Below, piece by piece: positions 63,058 to 64,000 of a DNA stretch of 64,000 nucleotides (position 1 is its first letter; each line of letters begins with the position of its first letter). Source of the stretch: Saccostrea echinata (taxonomy: Eukaryota); the NCBI RefSeq assembly GCF_033153115.1, contig NW_026889751.1, positions 28,892,001-28,956,000 on the forward strand. The letters run 5' to 3'. The position numbers were made by a program, and so were the translations under genes. The notes below the pieces were generated by a model that was given only the letters and a program-made list of their open reading frames with translations, had not been told where the DNA came from and did not search any database.

Positions 63058-64000
63058 TTTGGTAAAGAATGAGCTATCCCTACTACATTTGCTTTCTAAC
63101 ATGCAGGTACAATGTATATATTTTTGCAATTTATATGATTTTTTTTTTTGCTGACTTCTTCAACTTAATCAGATCTTTTATAGGTACATGTACATGTATA
63201 TAATTATTTTTTCCAAATCAATTATATATTTTTTTTTATATATGTTTAAACATTCGCAATAATAATTTATTTGTTCCCTGTACCACAAACCCAGTGACCC
63301 CCAGGACTGCGCAGTCTAAATATACCCTTACCTAAGAATAATTGATACTGTTTAATCTCAACTTTAGCATTTACCACATTCCCAGGGTTCATATAAATTG
63401 CTTCAAATCTATTGGTCCCATAACTCACCACACCACTTGCATTTCTATAAATTAGCTGAAATCACCACTTAATTAAGGAATAACTGTACAATTTTTTGGT
63501 TTCATAATGTGATCAAGCAATTGGCTTGTGTGATAATTTGCATAAACACTGAAGGCGTTTATGCATAAAATTATCATGCAAGCCAATTGCTTGATCATCG
63601 TCATGAAACCAAAAAATCTGACAGTTATTCCTTATATTTACATGCACTTGATTCCGTTAATTCACGTGCTACAAGCCCCACCTATTTCTGTCTATCTCTC
63701 AGTACCGGGGCAGCATGTAATTTTTTTTAACCCTGCCTATCAATGAAATAGTAGCTTTATGTAGAAATCAAGTATTTTTACTATTTGTAGTCTTATCTTA
63801 TCTTGGACAAAGAAATATTAAAATGTAAATATCAAAAGATGTAGGAAACTATCAACAATCCAGTAATGTAAGAATTTCCAAAATGCACTGTACAAAAAAG
63901 TTCTACAAATTGTCACATACTGTACCTTCCCAGGAATTACCAGATACCCAGTATCCCCATGAATTACAATAAACTCAACATTCCCCAGTATGACCTCATA

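Noticed and set aside
63926-64000. Possible upstream ABCD4 exon (open frame YEVILGNVEFIVIHGDTGYLVIPGK with GT donor)
   Set aside because: Wrong phase for the next exon (needs phase 1), the phase-compatible frame has a stop, and it does not resemble the ABCD4 N-terminus.

Overview
AT-rich, intron-rich eukaryotic DNA, almost certainly from an oyster (Ostreidae). This is inferred from the Cg170-like 166-bp satellite/Helentron-type elements, the bivalve-type SINE and the '[10 protein letters not shown]' B-box/NHL gene family. I reconstructed seven protein-coding genes by hand from splice sites and reading-frame phase: (1) the first five coding exons of an unconventional myosin (- strand, runs off the left edge), with a textbook U12-type minor-spliceosome intron; (2) a ZNF318 orthologue (+, 6-7 coding exons, two possible C-termini); (3) an ankyrin-repeat/SOCS-box protein (-); (4) a basic 232-aa orphan ORF (+); (5) an SLC25A45-like mitochondrial carrier (-, 5 exons); (6) ABCD4 (-, 15 exons in the window, 5' end off the right edge); (7) an intronless RING-less B-box/coiled-coil/NHL (TRIM-like) gene nested antisense in an ABCD4 intron. 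Introns and intergenic DNA hold many MITEs (several with readable TSDs), Helentron-like satellite carriers, SINEs, a solo LTR, mariner and Penelope-like relics and minisatellites. The most unusual observations are: a 32-bp minisatellite built from an ABCD4 exon end plus splice donor (~31 decoy donors); a hAT MITE whose 8-bp TSD is an ABCD4 splice donor; a 121-bp TG...CA element with a 4-bp TSD that is essentially a tRNA-Thr(AGT)-derived cassette; and a solo LTR with an internal mini 'LTR end + PBS'. No database searches were run, so family assignments come from recalled motifs.
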